Source: Candidatus Methylomirabilales bacterium
GTDB lineage: Bacteria; Methylomirabilota; Methylomirabilia; Methylomirabilales; CSP1-5
Direction of reading: 5' to 3'
DNA length: 64,000 bases
NCBI GenBank assembly: GCA_046758505.1
Contig: JBHIAH010000004.1
Coordinates: 1-64,000 of the forward strand
Shown here in pieces: positions 9,329 to 19,946 of the stretch (its first letter is position 1; the number at the start of each line of letters is the position of its first letter). Below the pieces are notes generated by a model that worked only from the letters and a program-made list of their open reading frames with translations, did not search any database and had not been told where the DNA came from. The position numbers were made by a program, and so were the translations under genes.

Positions 9329-10513
9329 ATGTTACGGTATCTGACCGCAGGCGAGTCCCACGGCCCATCCCTGACCACGATCGTTGAGGGGATCCCGGCC
9401 CGTCTACCCCTGAGCCCCAAGGACATCGACCCAGAGCTGAGCCGGCGGCAGATGGGGTACGGCCGGGGGGGGCGGATGAAGATCGAGCAGGACCACGCCC
9501 TGATCACCGCGGGGGTTCGCCATGGCCTCACCATGGGCTCTCCCATTGCGCTCATCATCACGAATCGGGACTTCGCGAATTGGGATGAAACGATGGGACT
9601 CGAGGCGGAGGCGAAGGCGCAGGACACCCGACCGCCGGTCACGCGGCCCCGTCCGGGGCACGCCGATTTGCCCGGGGCCATCAAGTACGGGCATCGGGAT
9701 GTCCGGAACGTCCTGGAGCGGGCCAGCGCCCGGGAGACGACCGTGCGCGTGGCGGTGGGGGCGGTCTGTAAGCGCCTCCTCCGAGAGTTTGACATCTCGG
9801 TTCTCAGCCATGTGGTGGAGATCGGCGGGGTCCGGGCGACCGTCGAGGATCTGTCGCCCGAGCAGATCCGGGCACTCGCCGAGGCCTCCCCGGTCCGATG
9901 CGCGGACCGGGAGGCCAGCGAGGCAATGGTGGCACGGATCGACGAGGCCCGACGCCGGAAGACCACCCTGGGGGGGATTTTCGAGGTCATTGTCGATGGG
10001 GCCCCCGTCGGCTTGGGGAGCTATACGCAGTGGGACCAGAAGCTCGACGGGCGCCTGGCGCGGGGCCTCATGAGTATCCAGGCCATCAAGGGGGTACACG
10101 TGGGACTCGGCTTTGCGGTGGCCGGGCGCTTCGGGTTCGAGGCCCACGATGAGATCTTCTACGATGCCGCGCGACAAGCGCCGCACGGCTTGAAGTTTTA
10201 CCGAAAAACCAATTACGCCGGCGGGCTCGAGGGGGGGGTGACCAACGGGGAGCCGATCGTCCTCCGCGCAGCCATGAAGCCCCTGTCCACCCAGTACGCC
10301 CCCCTCCGCTCCGTGGACCTGGAGACCAAGGAGCCCTTCGAGGCGAGCGTGGAGCGGTCCGACGTCTGCGCCGTCCCGGCCGCTGGGGTCATCGGCGAGG
10401 CGGTCGTGGCCTTCGAGATTGCGGCGGCATTGCGGGAGAAGTTCGGCGGGGACAGTCTGGACGAGATGAAACGGAATTTCGATGCGTACGTGCGGTATGT
10501 GCGAGACCTCTAA
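9329..10513 (+). CDS. aroC: Chorismate synthase
   Basis: [43 protein letters not shown]. Confidence 0.97.
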   Translation: MLRYLTAGESHGPSLTTIVEGIPARLPLSPKDIDPELSRRQMGYGRGGRMKIEQDHALITAGVRHGLTMGSPIALIITNRDFANWDETMGLEAEAKAQDTRPPVTRPRPGHADLPGAIKYGHRDVRNVLERASARETTVRVAVGAVCKRLLREFDISVLSHVVEIGGVRATVEDLSPEQIRALAEASPVRCADREASEAMVARIDEARRRKTTLGGIFEVIVDGAPVGLGSYTQWDQKLDGRLARGLMSIQAIKGVHVGLGFAVAGRFGFEAHDEIFYDAARQAPHGLKFYRKTNYAGGLEGGVTNGEPIVLRAAMKPLSTQYAPLRSVDLETKEPFEASVERSDVCAVPAAGVIGEAVVAFEIAAALREKFGGDSLDEMKRNFDAYVRYVRDL

Positions 10514-10536
10514 GCGAATTGGGGGGGGCGGACAGG

Positions 10537-11058
10537 ATGCGGAATATCGTGCTCACCGGTATGATGGGGACAGGGAAAACCACGGTGGGTCATTACCTGG
10601 CCGCGCAACTCCAGGTCCCGTTTTACGACCTGGATGAACTGATCGAGCAGGAATCGGGGCTGAGCATCCCTGCCATCTTTCAGGAGCGGGGCGAAACGGC
10701 CTTTCGGGTGCTGGAACGGGGGGTCGTCTCCCGCCTGTGCGAGCTGCAAGGATGCGTCATCGCCACGGGCGGTGGCACGATCACGGATCCCGAAAACCTC
10801 TGTCGCCTCCAGCAGCGCGGGGAGATCATCTGTCTCACGGCGGCGCCGGAGCGAATCCTGGCGCGGGTCGAGGGCATGGAACATCGTCCCTTGCTCTGGC
10901 ACGCGGACAAGCTGGAACGGATCCGGGTGGTGATGCGTGTGCGGGCTCCGGTCTACGCCGCGTTGGGTGAGCCGATTGACACGACGAATTTGAGCGTCGA
11001 GGAGGTAGCTGCCCAGGTCCTGGCACGCATCCACCTTGGTGAGGTCCTCAAAGGATAG
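10537..11058 (+). CDS. aroK: Shikimate kinase
   Basis: GMMGTGKTT P-loop, GETAFR, VIATGGG, RPLL. Confidence 0.95.
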   Translation: MRNIVLTGMMGTGKTTVGHYLAAQLQVPFYDLDELIEQESGLSIPAIFQERGETAFRVLERGVVSRLCELQGCVIATGGGTITDPENLCRLQQRGEIICLTAAPERILARVEGMEHRPLLWHADKLERIRVVMRVRAPVYAALGEPIDTTNLSVEEVAAQVLARIHLGEVLKG

Positions 11059-11061
11059 GCG

Positions 11062-12150
11062 ATGGAACAGGTGACCGTGCATCTCCGAGACCGGAGCTAT
11101 CCGATATACATCGGAGCAGAAATCCTCCCGGGAATCGGAGGTCGTGCGCAGCCGCTGAGCCTCTCGGGGCACGGCGCCCTGATTACCAACCCGGTGGTTG
11201 GCGGGTTGTATAGTTCGCAAGTTCTCTCCTCCTTCGAACGGGCGGGCATCGCCCTCACACTGCTCGAGGTGCCGGACGGGGAAGCGTTCAAGAGCCTTGA
11301 GGTGGCACAGGGCCTGTACGATCGACTCTTCCCCCTGGGCCTGGATCGGCGGTCTCCGATCGTGGCGCTCGGGGGAGGGGTGATCGGAGATCTGGCCGGG
11401 TTCGTGGCTGCCACCTATATGAGAGGCCTTCCGCTGATTCAGGTTCCCACGAGCCTGCTCGCCCAGGTGGATAGCAGCGTGGGGGGAAAGGTCGGCGTCA
11501 ATCTCCCCCAGGCAAAGAATATGATCGGGGCGTTTTACCAGCCGCTTTTCGTCCTGAGCGATGTATCCCTCCTCCGCACCCTCCCGCCGCAAGAATTCCA
11601 GGCCGGAATGGCCGAGGTGGTGAAATACGGGGTCATCGAGGATAAGGAATTCTTCGAATGGCTCGAGGGAAACGTGTCTGCCATCCTCGAGAGGAGAGAC
11701 GAGGTCGTGATCCACATCGTAGGGACCGCGTGCCGGATCAAGGCGGTGGTGGTGGAGAAGGACGAACGGGACGAGGGCCTCCGGGCCATCTTGAACTTCG
11801 GCCATACGGTGGGGCATGCACTCGAGGCGGCGAGCGGATACGGCCAGGTGAGTCATGGGCAGGCGGTGGCGATCGGCATGGTGACGGCTGCACGGATATC
11901 GTATCAGATGGGCCTCTGCAGCGAGGAGGTTCCTTCCCGCCTGGCGCGTCTCCTTGAACGGATCGGCCTCCCGACGGCACTTCCTCATGATCCAAAAGAG
12001 CTTATACATACAATAAGTTACGACAAGAAGCTCATGCATAGATTAAACTATTTTATCTTGACAAAGGACTTCGGGAGTGTTACGGTGACGCCGATTTTGG
12101 ACCCCCTGGAAGCCCTCCAGAAGTCCGCGCGAGATCAGGATTTCCTCTGA
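11062..12150 (+). CDS. aroB: 3-dehydroquinate synthase
   Basis: DGEAFK, ALGGGVIGDLAGF, VDSSVGGK, LNFGHT, HGQAVAIGM. Confidence 0.97.
   Translation: MEQVTVHLRDRSYPIYIGAEILPGIGGRAQPLSLSGHGALITNPVVGGLYSSQVLSSFERAGIALTLLEVPDGEAFKSLEVAQGLYDRLFPLGLDRRSPIVALGGGVIGDLAGFVAATYMRGLPLIQVPTSLLAQVDSSVGGKVGVNLPQAKNMIGAFYQPLFVLSDVSLLRTLPPQEFQAGMAEVVKYGVIEDKEFFEWLEGNVSAILERRDEVVIHIVGTACRIKAVVVEKDERDEGLRAILNFGHTVGHALEAASGYGQVSHGQAVAIGMVTAARISYQMGLCSEEVPSRLARLLERIGLPTALPHDPKELIHTISYDKKLMHRLNYFILTKDFGSVTVTPILDPLEALQKSARDQDFL
12058..12086 (+). promoter_or_regulatory. Candidate sigma70 promoter inside the 3' end of aroB
   Basis: TTGACA(12058)-N17-TACGGT with TG extension, preceded by an AT-rich tract. Confidence 0.55.
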
Positions 12151-12151
12151 G

Positions 12152-13090
12152 TTGAGGCGGGTTGTGCCACCACTCTTCGATATTGAACGTCTAGAGGCCA
12201 GGCTCGCGGCCGATCCCCACTCCCCGGTGTTTACCCAGCTGGCGGACGCCTACCGGAAGCAGGGAAGCTTCGAAAAAGCCATTCAGATTTGTCAGCGGGG
12301 GATGGATCAGCATCCGAATTATGCCAGCGCCCACATGGTCCTGGGCCGAACGCACAAAGATAAGGGAGACCTGCCGGCAGCCCGGGAAGCCTTTGAACGG
12401 GTCATTCACCTTGACCCGGAAAACGTGCTCGCGTACCGGTTCCTGGGCGAGCTCGCGGAGGCGCGGCATGCCTCATCGGAGGCCCTCGCGTCGTATCGAT
12501 CGGCCCTGATCTTACGTCCCTTCGACAAGACGGTCCGAGCGGCGATCGAACGCCTGCAGCCCCAGGCCGAAGAGACGCTGAAGCCCGCACCACCGGAGGT
12601 TGCAAAGGCACCCCCGGAACCCTCCCCGCCGGAGACGGCCCCCTTGGCGACCGAAACCCTGGCGGGGCTGTATGCATCGCAGGGGCTTTACGATCGGGCG
12701 GCCGATATGTATGCGCGCCTCGTTGCCGAGACTCCAGACCGGGAAGACCTTGCGGAAAAGTACCGGGAGGTCCTGTGTCACCTAAAGGAGGCAGGCGTAA
12801 CGCCGACGGCGGCTTCCCTGGGAAGCGAAGAGGCGGTGGCGCTCCTCGAGGCGTGGCGAGACGGCTTCCAAAGCCTCACGGCCAGGCGCAGGGGGCCGAT
12901 CGTGCTCCTCGAAGCCTGGCGGGCGGCCTTCCAGAGGCTGAAGAGGGGAGGGCGGCGCCGGAAGATTCAACTCCTCGAAGCCTGGCGGGCGGCGTTCCAG
13001 AGGCTCACGCGGGCCAGACAGAAACGAGGGCCGATCGATCTGCTCCAGGCCTGGCGGGAGGCCTTCCAGAAGCTGCGGGCCGTCGAATGA
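12152..13090 (+). CDS. TPR-repeat protein with fourfold repeated C-terminal amphipathic motif
   Basis: TPR motifs (FTQLADAYRKQG, HPNYASAHMVLG), ATETLAGLYASQG, LL[EQ]AWRxxFQxL four times. Confidence 0.85.
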   Translation: MRRVVPPLFDIERLEARLAADPHSPVFTQLADAYRKQGSFEKAIQICQRGMDQHPNYASAHMVLGRTHKDKGDLPAAREAFERVIHLDPENVLAYRFLGELAEARHASSEALASYRSALILRPFDKTVRAAIERLQPQAEETLKPAPPEVAKAPPEPSPPETAPLATETLAGLYASQGLYDRAADMYARLVAETPDREDLAEKYREVLCHLKEAGVTPTAASLGSEEAVALLEAWRDGFQSLTARRRGPIVLLEAWRAAFQRLKRGGRRRKIQLLEAWRAAFQRLTRARQKRGPIDLLQAWREAFQKLRAVE

Positions 13091-13191
13091 CAGAAAATCG
13101 GGTACGATCATTCGGACGATGCGGAGCATTGCGAAAAGCTCCTGGCTCACGGGGAGTGTCCCCTCTGGGGTCGAAGTGAGGAGAGGAGAGG

Positions 13192-13641
13192 ATGCGGGTT
13201 CTTGTCTTGAACGGGCCGAATCTGAATCTCCTGGGTCGGAGAGAGCCAGAGATTTACGGTGCCATGACCCTCGATGAACTGGAGGAGGAGATTCGGCGGG
13301 CGGCCGAGACCCGTGGGATCGACGTACAATTCTTTCAGTCGAACCAGGAGGGGGTGCTGATCGACCGTCTGCAGCAGGCGCGGGGCTGGGCCGACGTGGT
13401 GCTCCTCAACGCCGGGGGGCTCACGCACACCAGCGTGAGCCTCCGTGATGCCGTGGTTGGCGTCGGCATTCCAGTGATCGAGATCCATCTCTCGAACATC
13501 CAGGCCCGGGAGCCGTTCCGGCATCGGTCCTTGATTGCGCCGGTGGCGGTCGGCCAGATCGTCGGTTTTGGGCCGTCCGGCTATCTCCTCGGCTTGGAGG
13601 CGGCCGTCCATCTCGCGAAGCAGCAGGGCCGGGAACCCTGA
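13192..13641 (+). CDS. aroQ: Type II 3-dehydroquinate dehydratase
   Basis: [36 protein letters not shown]. Confidence 0.97.
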   Translation: MRVLVLNGPNLNLLGRREPEIYGAMTLDELEEEIRRAAETRGIDVQFFQSNQEGVLIDRLQQARGWADVVLLNAGGLTHTSVSLRDAVVGVGIPVIEIHLSNIQAREPFRHRSLIAPVAVGQIVGFGPSGYLLGLEAAVHLAKQQGREP

Positions 13642-13674
13642 CCCCGGCTGGCTCTCTTCGAGGTATCACATCTC

Positions 13675-14232
13675 ATGATCCTGTCGAACGACCTCCGGTC
13701 CGGGACCAAGATCGAGCTTGACGGCACACCGTACCTGGTGGTCGAGTATCAACATCACAAGCCGGGAAAGGGGGGGGCCATGGTCCGCACGAAGCTGCGG
13801 AATCTGCGGAGTGGCGCGCTGATCGACCGGACCTTTCGTCCCGACGAGAAGCTTGCGCCCGCACCGCTCGAAGAGCGGACGGCCCAGTTTCTCTATCGGC
13901 AGGGAGAGCACTATACCTTCATGGATGTCGAGACCTATGATCAGTTTGAGGTGACGAGCACGCAGCTGGGGGATGCCGGGGCGTTTCTCAAAGAAGACAT
14001 GGAGGTTACGATCCTCTTCTACCACCAAGAGGTGATCGGTGTCGATCTGCCGATTGCCGTGGAGCTCACGGTGGTGGAGACGGAGCCTGGCGTGCGCGGG
14101 GACACCGTCTCGGGCGGCTCAAAGCCTGCCACCCTGGAGACGGGGGCGGTCATTCAAGTGCCGCTGTTTGTCGACGTGGGGACGCGGGTCCGCGTCGATA
14201 CCCGGACGGGGACCTACCTGGGACGAGCATAG
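13675..14232 (+). CDS. efp: Elongation factor P
   Basis: HHKPGKGGAMVR, GVRGDT, KPATLETG, VPLFV. Confidence 0.97.
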   Translation: MILSNDLRSGTKIELDGTPYLVVEYQHHKPGKGGAMVRTKLRNLRSGALIDRTFRPDEKLAPAPLEERTAQFLYRQGEHYTFMDVETYDQFEVTSTQLGDAGAFLKEDMEVTILFYHQEVIGVDLPIAVELTVVETEPGVRGDTVSGGSKPATLETGAVIQVPLFVDVGTRVRVDTRTGTYLGRA

Positions 14233-14240
14233 GAGCACCG

Positions 14241-14693
14241 ATGGATACCCGCGACATCAAAGTGTTGCTCAAATTGATTCAGGATACGGACATCGAGGAG
14301 ATCGAGGTCGAGCGGAACGAAACCCGCATCCGGATCCGTCGCCGGCCCGTGGCTACCCTCGGCCCGGCCTACTCCGCGGCGACTCCTCCTCCGGTGTTGA
14401 CGGGAGCGGAGCACGCCCAGGAGATTCCATCCCTGGCTCCACCCACCGAAAAGGGGATTACCGTCGAATCGCCGATGGTCGGGACCTTCTACCGGGCCCC
14501 CGCCCCGGGTGCAGAACCGTACGTCAAAGAAGGGTCTATCGTCGAGAAAGGGACGGTCCTCTGCATTATCGAGGCCATGAAGTTGATGAATGAAATCGAG
14601 GCGGAGATTCCCGGGAAGATCGCCCTCATTCTCGTGGAGAACGCCCAACCGGTGGAGTACGGCCAGCCCTTGTTCGTCCTCGAATCCCTCTAA
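14241..14693 (+). CDS. accB: Acetyl-CoA carboxylase biotin carboxyl carrier protein
   Basis: SPMVGTFY, IIEAMKLMNEI biotinylation motif. Confidence 0.97.
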   Translation: MDTRDIKVLLKLIQDTDIEEIEVERNETRIRIRRRPVATLGPAYSAATPPPVLTGAEHAQEIPSLAPPTEKGITVESPMVGTFYRAPAPGAEPYVKEGSIVEKGTVLCIIEAMKLMNEIEAEIPGKIALILVENAQPVEYGQPLFVLESL

Positions 14694-14767
14694 CGAGTGG
14701 AGAGACCGATGTCCAGCATCGATGATCCCTGTCGTGACGCTGCATTCTGACCCGTGGACCGCATCAC

Positions 14768-16117
14768 ATGGTGAAGAAAATCCTGGTCGCGAACAGGGGG
14801 GAGATCGCCCTCCGGGTGATTCGAGCCTGCAAGGAGCTCGGCGTTCGGAGCGTTGCGGTCTACTCCGAGGCGGACCGGGAGAGTCCCCACGTGCAGTGGG
14901 CGGATGAGGCGGTCTGCATCGGCCCGCCAGAGGCAGCGCAGAGCTATTTGAATATCCCAGGGATCATCAGCGCCGCCGAGATCGCCAAGGTGGAGGCGAT
15001 CCACCCCGGCTACGGATTTCTCGCGGAGAACGCCCACTTTGCCGAGGTCTGTGAGGCATCCGGGATCACCTTCATCGGCCCCACCCCCGAAAGCATCCGC
15101 CGCATGGGGGACAAGGCCGAGGCGCGCAAGGCGGCCGTGGCGGTGGGCGTTCCCGTGGTCCCCGGGAGTGACGGAGCGGTGAACGATGAACAGCAGGCCA
15201 GGCAAGTCGCTGCTCAGATCGGGTATCCGCTCCTGATTAAGGCGGTCGGCGGCGGCGGGGGCCGGGGCATGCGGGTGGTTCAGACCGAAGGGGAAGTCGC
15301 TCGGGCCTTCCTGACGGCGCGAGGGGAAGCGTCCGCGGCCTTCGGCAATCCCGCGGTCTACATCGAGCGGTACTTTACCGCACCGCGCCATGTCGAGCTA
15401 CAGATGTTGGGGGACGGAAAGGGAGGGGTCATCTCGCTGGGGGAACGGGACTGTTCCATCCAGCGGCGCCACCAGAAGTTGATCGAGGAGTCCCCGTGTC
15501 CCGTGCTCAGCCCCGCTCTCCGAGAAGCAATGGGGCGCGCTGCGGTGAAGATCGCGGAGACGGTCGCGTATCGCGGGGCGGGGACCGTGGAGTTCCTCTT
15601 GGATGGCGAGGGGGCTTTTTACTTTATCGAGATGAATACGCGGATCCAGGTGGAGCATCCGGTGACGGAGATGGTGACGGGGGTCGATCTGATCAAGGCT
15701 CAGCTTCAGATCGCGGCGGGAAGCCCACTCCCCCTGGCGCAGACAGAAGTCACACTCACCGGACATGCAATCGAGTGCCGGGTGAACGCCGAAGACCCCG
15801 AGACCTTTCTCCCCTCACCGGGGAAGATCACCGACCTTCGCCTTCCGGGCGGTCCCGGAATCCGCCTCGACACCCACGCTTTCCCCGGCTATGTCATTCC
15901 TCCGTTTTACGACTCCCTCTTGGCGAAACTGATCGCGCATGGCCGCGATCGAAACGAGGCGGTGGCCCGCCTCCGTCGCGCCCTGGGAGAGTTCGTCATC
16001 GGTGAAATCAAGACCACGATCCCCTTGCACCGCAGGATCGTTAACGATCAGGATTTCATCGCAGGGCGGGTCTCCACCCGGTTTCTCGAGCGTCTGGGTT
16101 ATGTCACCACCTCGTAA
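14768..16117 (+). CDS. accC: Biotin carboxylase
   Basis: [50 protein letters not shown]. Confidence 0.97.
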   Translation: MVKKILVANRGEIALRVIRACKELGVRSVAVYSEADRESPHVQWADEAVCIGPPEAAQSYLNIPGIISAAEIAKVEAIHPGYGFLAENAHFAEVCEASGITFIGPTPESIRRMGDKAEARKAAVAVGVPVVPGSDGAVNDEQQARQVAAQIGYPLLIKAVGGGGGRGMRVVQTEGEVARAFLTARGEASAAFGNPAVYIERYFTAPRHVELQMLGDGKGGVISLGERDCSIQRRHQKLIEESPCPVLSPALREAMGRAAVKIAETVAYRGAGTVEFLLDGEGAFYFIEMNTRIQVEHPVTEMVTGVDLIKAQLQIAAGSPLPLAQTEVTLTGHAIECRVNAEDPETFLPSPGKITDLRLPGGPGIRLDTHAFPGYVIPPFYDSLLAKLIAHGRDRNEAVARLRRALGEFVIGEIKTTIPLHRRIVNDQDFIAGRVSTRFLERLGYVTTS

Positions 16118-16144
16118 CGGACGGCACGCCACTCGCCTCACACG

Positions 16145-16786
16145 ATGGCCTTCTCGTATCCCCTGTGCGTAATCACCGATGAGACCCTCTCGGGGCTTCG
16201 GCACCGCGAGGTGGCGGAGCAGGCCCTGGAGGGCGGGGCGCCGATGATCCAGCTTCGGGACAAGCGGGGAGATCTCCGCAGCCTCTACGAAGAGGCCGTG
16301 GCCATTCGGGGCCTGTGTCGACAGCGGGGAGCCCGTTTCATCGTCAACGATCGGCTCGATCTCGCCCTGGCGGTGGAGGCGGACGGGGTACACCTGGGAC
16401 AGGAAGACGTGCCGGCGCGCCTGGCCCGCCCCCTGTTGATGCCCGGAATGTTTCTGGGGATCTCCACCCACTCGGTCGAGGAGGCGGAGGAGGCCGAAGC
16501 GGCGGGGGCCGACTACATCGGGTTTGGGCCTGTTTTTGCGACCGGGACGAAGGCGGGGACGCGCCCGCCGGTTGGCTTAGACGGTATTCGGCGGGTCAGG
16601 GCAGCCGTCCGCGTCCCCGTATTGGCCATTGGAGGAATTACGGCCGAGCGGGCCCAGGCGGTGATCGAAGCAGGGGCAGACGGACTGGCGGTCATTTCCG
16701 CCATTGTGGGGTCGGGGGGGATTGCGGCCGCCTGTCGGGACTTCCTCTGTCGAATTCATGAACGTTCCGAGGGGGGAAAACGTTGA
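16145..16786 (+). CDS. thiE: Thiamine-phosphate synthase
   Basis: IQLRDK, FIVNDRLD, DGVHLGQED, GPVFATGTK, AIGGI. Confidence 0.95.
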   Translation: MAFSYPLCVITDETLSGLRHREVAEQALEGGAPMIQLRDKRGDLRSLYEEAVAIRGLCRQRGARFIVNDRLDLALAVEADGVHLGQEDVPARLARPLLMPGMFLGISTHSVEEAEEAEAAGADYIGFGPVFATGTKAGTRPPVGLDGIRRVRAAVRVPVLAIGGITAERAQAVIEAGADGLAVISAIVGSGGIAAACRDFLCRIHERSEGGKR

Positions 16787-16989
16787 CACGAGGACCGGGG
16801 AACTCCCAGGGGACATCACCCCACGGGGAAATGGCCATTCTCTTGGTCGAACAGAACGCGCGCATGGCACTCGGCATCGGTCGTCGCGGGTATGTGATCC
16901 AAACCGGAGAGATCGTCTGGCATGACTCGGCCCGCGCATTACTCCGGAGTGATCTGGTGCGGCAGTCCTATCCGGGAGAGGGGGGATGA
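16783..16989 (+). pseudogene. C-terminal relic of a LivF-like branched-chain amino acid ABC ATPase
   Basis: ILLVEQNARMALGIGRRGYVIQTGEIV..ALLRSDLVRQSY matches a LivF C-terminus; Walker A, signature and Walker B are absent. Confidence 0.75.
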
Positions 16990-17014
16990 TCCCCGGCGGG
17001 GTGGGGGAGGCCTG

Positions 17015-17719
17015 ATGTCGGATTCGCGCTTTGAACGGGGGCGGAAGGCGTCCAGGGGCGGGCGGCGCACACCTCGCATACTTTCGGTGAACCCGCGCAA
17101 TCCCGACCCGCACGTGGTCCGGGACATTGTGAACGTCCTGCAAGAGGAGGGACTCGTTGCCTTGCCGACCGACACGGTGTACGGGCTGGCCGCCGACATC
17201 TCTCGGGCAGCAACGCTCGACCGTCTTCTGTATGTGAAGGCGCGTCCTCACGACAAACCGATCCCGATCTTTATTGCCAACATCGACGCCCTGGGAGGAG
17301 TCGCACAGGAAATACCCGAAGCGGCCCGGCAATTAGCGGAACACTTCTGGCCCGGTCCCCTCACGCTGATCCTGTATGCCTCACCGGCCGTTCCGGAAAT
17401 GATCACCGCAGGAACGGGGACGGTGGGGGTCCGCATCCCGCAACTGCCTTTGATCGAAGGGATCCTGGCGGGTCTGCAGCGTCCTATCACCGGGACCAGC
17501 GCCAACAGGAGCGGCGGGGTCGATCCGGTAACGGCCGAGGATGTTTTACGAGCGGTTGGCAATCAGTGCGATCTGCTCGTGGATGGGGGAAGGGTGCCCG
17601 GAGGGATTCCCTCGACGGTGCTCGATTGTACCCAATCTCCTTTCCGGATTATAAGGGAAGGGGCCGTCGGCGGTGAAGCGATTGCTGCCCTGTTGGGGGA
17701 AAAGGCCCCCCCATCCTGA
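17015..17719 (+). CDS. tsaC: L-threonylcarbamoyladenylate synthase (TsaC/Sua5-YrdC domain)
   Basis: LPTDTVYGL, KARPHDKP, FWPGPLT, GTSANRSG, PSTVLD. Confidence 0.92.
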   Translation: MSDSRFERGRKASRGGRRTPRILSVNPRNPDPHVVRDIVNVLQEEGLVALPTDTVYGLAADISRAATLDRLLYVKARPHDKPIPIFIANIDALGGVAQEIPEAARQLAEHFWPGPLTLILYASPAVPEMITAGTGTVGVRIPQLPLIEGILAGLQRPITGTSANRSGGVDPVTAEDVLRAVGNQCDLLVDGGRVPGGIPSTVLDCTQSPFRIIREGAVGGEAIAALLGEKAPPS

Positions 17720-17795
17720 AATCTGATTTTGAAGCCTGCCGGGATTGTGGTAACTTATTGATTTAGGGGCTCAGAAAGCCGAGGGGATCCGACGC

Positions 17796-19943
17796 ATGGG
17801 GATCGAGGAACTCATCGACGACATCAAGTCTTACAATCCCGGGGCGGACGCGGCGATCCTGCGCAGGGCCCACGAGTTTGCGGCTACCGTCCACCGGGGT
17901 CAGGCGCGACGCTCGGGCGATCCCTATCTTTCACATCCCGTAGAAGTCGCCGCCATCCTCACGGGCCTCAAAGTGGACGTGCGCGCCATTGCCGCAGGCC
18001 TCCTGCACGACGCCATCGAGGACACCCACACCACCACGCAGGAGATCCGAACCCTCTTTGGAGACGAGATCGCCGATCTCGTGGACGGGGTGACCAAACT
18101 GTCCAAGCTTCCCTTTTCCACCCGAGAGGATCGCCAGGCCGACAGCTTTCGGAAGATGTTCCTCGCCATGGCGAAAGATATCCGCGTGATCGTGATTAAA
18201 CTAGCCGACCGTCTCCATAACATGCGGACGCTGGCCCCCTTGCCCGAGGCCAAGCAACGCCTCATTGCCAAGGAAACCCTTGAAATCTACGCGCCGTTGG
18301 CTCATCGCCTGGGAATGGCCAAGATCAAGCAGGAACTCGAGGACTTGAGCCTTCGATACCTGGATCCCGACGCCTACCGCGAATTGACCGTCCAGGTCGC
18401 CACGAAGCAACGGGAGCGCGAGGCCCAAATCAACGAGGTGATCGCCATCCTCGGCCAGAAGCTCACCGACGTCGGGATCCCCTGCGAGATCACGGGTCGC
18501 CCCAAACACTTTTACTCGATCCACCGAAAGATGCGTGAGCACGGCAAGACTTTCGATGAAATCTACGACCTCACCGCTATCCGGGTGATTACCAACAGCG
18601 TCAAGGATTGTTATGGGGCCCTCGGCATGGTCCACAGCCTCTGGAAGCCTATCCCGGGCCGGTTCAAGGATTTTATTGCCGTTCCCAAGTCCAACATGTA
18701 CCAGTCCCTCCACACCACCGTGATCGGCCCGAAGGGGGAGCCGGCCGAGATTCAGATCCGAACGCACGAGATGCACCGCACAGCAGAGGAGGGCATTGCC
18801 GCGCACTGGGCGTACAAGGAGGGGAAAGCCACCCTGGACGAATCGGAAAAGAACTTTCTCTGGCTGCGCCAGCTTCTCGATTGGGGCCGGGATGTAAAAG
18901 ATAGTCGGGAGTTTCTTGATACCGTGCGCATCGATCTTTTCCCCGAGGAGGTGTATGTGTTTACCCCCAAGGGGGATGTCAGGGGATTGCCGCGGGGGGC
19001 GAGCCCGATCGACTTCGCCTTCAGCATCCATACCGATATCGGGCTCCACTGTGTGGGCGCCAGGGTCAACGGCCGCATTGTGCCGCTCCGCTACGAGCTG
19101 CGCAATGGCGATATCGTAGAGATCTTGACCGCTACGACCCAACACCCGAGCCGGGATTGGCTCAAGATCGTCAAGACCTCTCGGGCCCGCAGCCGCATCA
19201 AGGCGTGGGTGAAAAACGAAGAGCGGGCCCGATCCGTCAACCTGGGGAAAGAGCTCTTGGAGCGGGAGCTTCGAAAGCTGGCCAAGGGGGGTCTCTCGCG
19301 GCTGAAGCCCGAGGCGTTTACCCAGGTCTTCGAGCACTATGGCGTGGGATCGGAAGAGGAGCTTTACGCGGGAATCGGCTACGGAAGGATCTCGCCCCGC
19401 CAGGTCGTCCTGAAGCTGTTGCCTCCAGAGCAGGTCCAAGCGATCGCGGAGGTAGAGAGCAGGGAACGGAAGTCGCGGACCAAGGCGGCGGAAGAAGGAA
19501 TCCAGATCGGAGGCGTCGATGACATCTTGGTTCATTTCGCCAAGTGCTGTAACCCCCTCCCGGGAGATGACATCATTGGATTCATCACCCGGGGGCGCGG
19601 GGTCACGGTCCACAGCGCGGAGTGTCCAAACATCGTGGCCTTCGGATACGATCCCGAGCGCCAGATCCGCGTCAACTGGAACGAGCGCGTGAAGATCCCC
19701 CATCAGGTGAAGATCCGAGTGACCATCGACGAGGACCGACCGGGGCTCCTGGCAGAGATCAGCACCGCCATCTCTTCGATGAACGCAAACATCGCGCAGG
19801 CGGAGGTCAGGGTCACCGAAGAGAAGCGAGGGCTCAACACCTTTGTCCTGGAGGTCATGGATCTGAGGCAACTTCAGGGAGCCATGCAGGCGATTCGCCG
19901 GGTCAGGGGTGTCATGGGCGTGGAACGCGTTCGCAGCCACTAG
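17796..19943 (+). CDS. rel: Bifunctional (p)ppGpp synthetase/hydrolase
   Basis: HD domain (LHDAIED, KLADRLHN), synthetase (GRPKH, RFKD, YQSLHT, EIQIRT), TGS, CCNP, ACT. Confidence 0.96.
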   Translation: MGIEELIDDIKSYNPGADAAILRRAHEFAATVHRGQARRSGDPYLSHPVEVAAILTGLKVDVRAIAAGLLHDAIEDTHTTTQEIRTLFGDEIADLVDGVTKLSKLPFSTREDRQADSFRKMFLAMAKDIRVIVIKLADRLHNMRTLAPLPEAKQRLIAKETLEIYAPLAHRLGMAKIKQELEDLSLRYLDPDAYRELTVQVATKQREREAQINEVIAILGQKLTDVGIPCEITGRPKHFYSIHRKMREHGKTFDEIYDLTAIRVITNSVKDCYGALGMVHSLWKPIPGRFKDFIAVPKSNMYQSLHTTVIGPKGEPAEIQIRTHEMHRTAEEGIAAHWAYKEGKATLDESEKNFLWLRQLLDWGRDVKDSREFLDTVRIDLFPEEVYVFTPKGDVRGLPRGASPIDFAFSIHTDIGLHCVGARVNGRIVPLRYELRNGDIVEILTATTQHPSRDWLKIVKTSRARSRIKAWVKNEERARSVNLGKELLERELRKLAKGGLSRLKPEAFTQVFEHYGVGSEEELYAGIGYGRISPRQVVLKLLPPEQVQAIAEVESRERKSRTKAAEEGIQIGGVDDILVHFAKCCNPLPGDDIIGFITRGRGVTVHSAECPNIVAFGYDPERQIRVNWNERVKIPHQVKIRVTIDEDRPGLLAEISTAISSMNANIAQAEVRVTEEKRGLNTFVLEVMDLRQLQGAMQAIRRVRGVMGVERVRSH

Positions 19944-19946
19944 ATA

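Noticed and set aside
10521..10528. G8 tract as a phase-variation site for aroK
   Set aside because: It lies upstream of the likely ATG (10537), and G-runs are common in this sequence.
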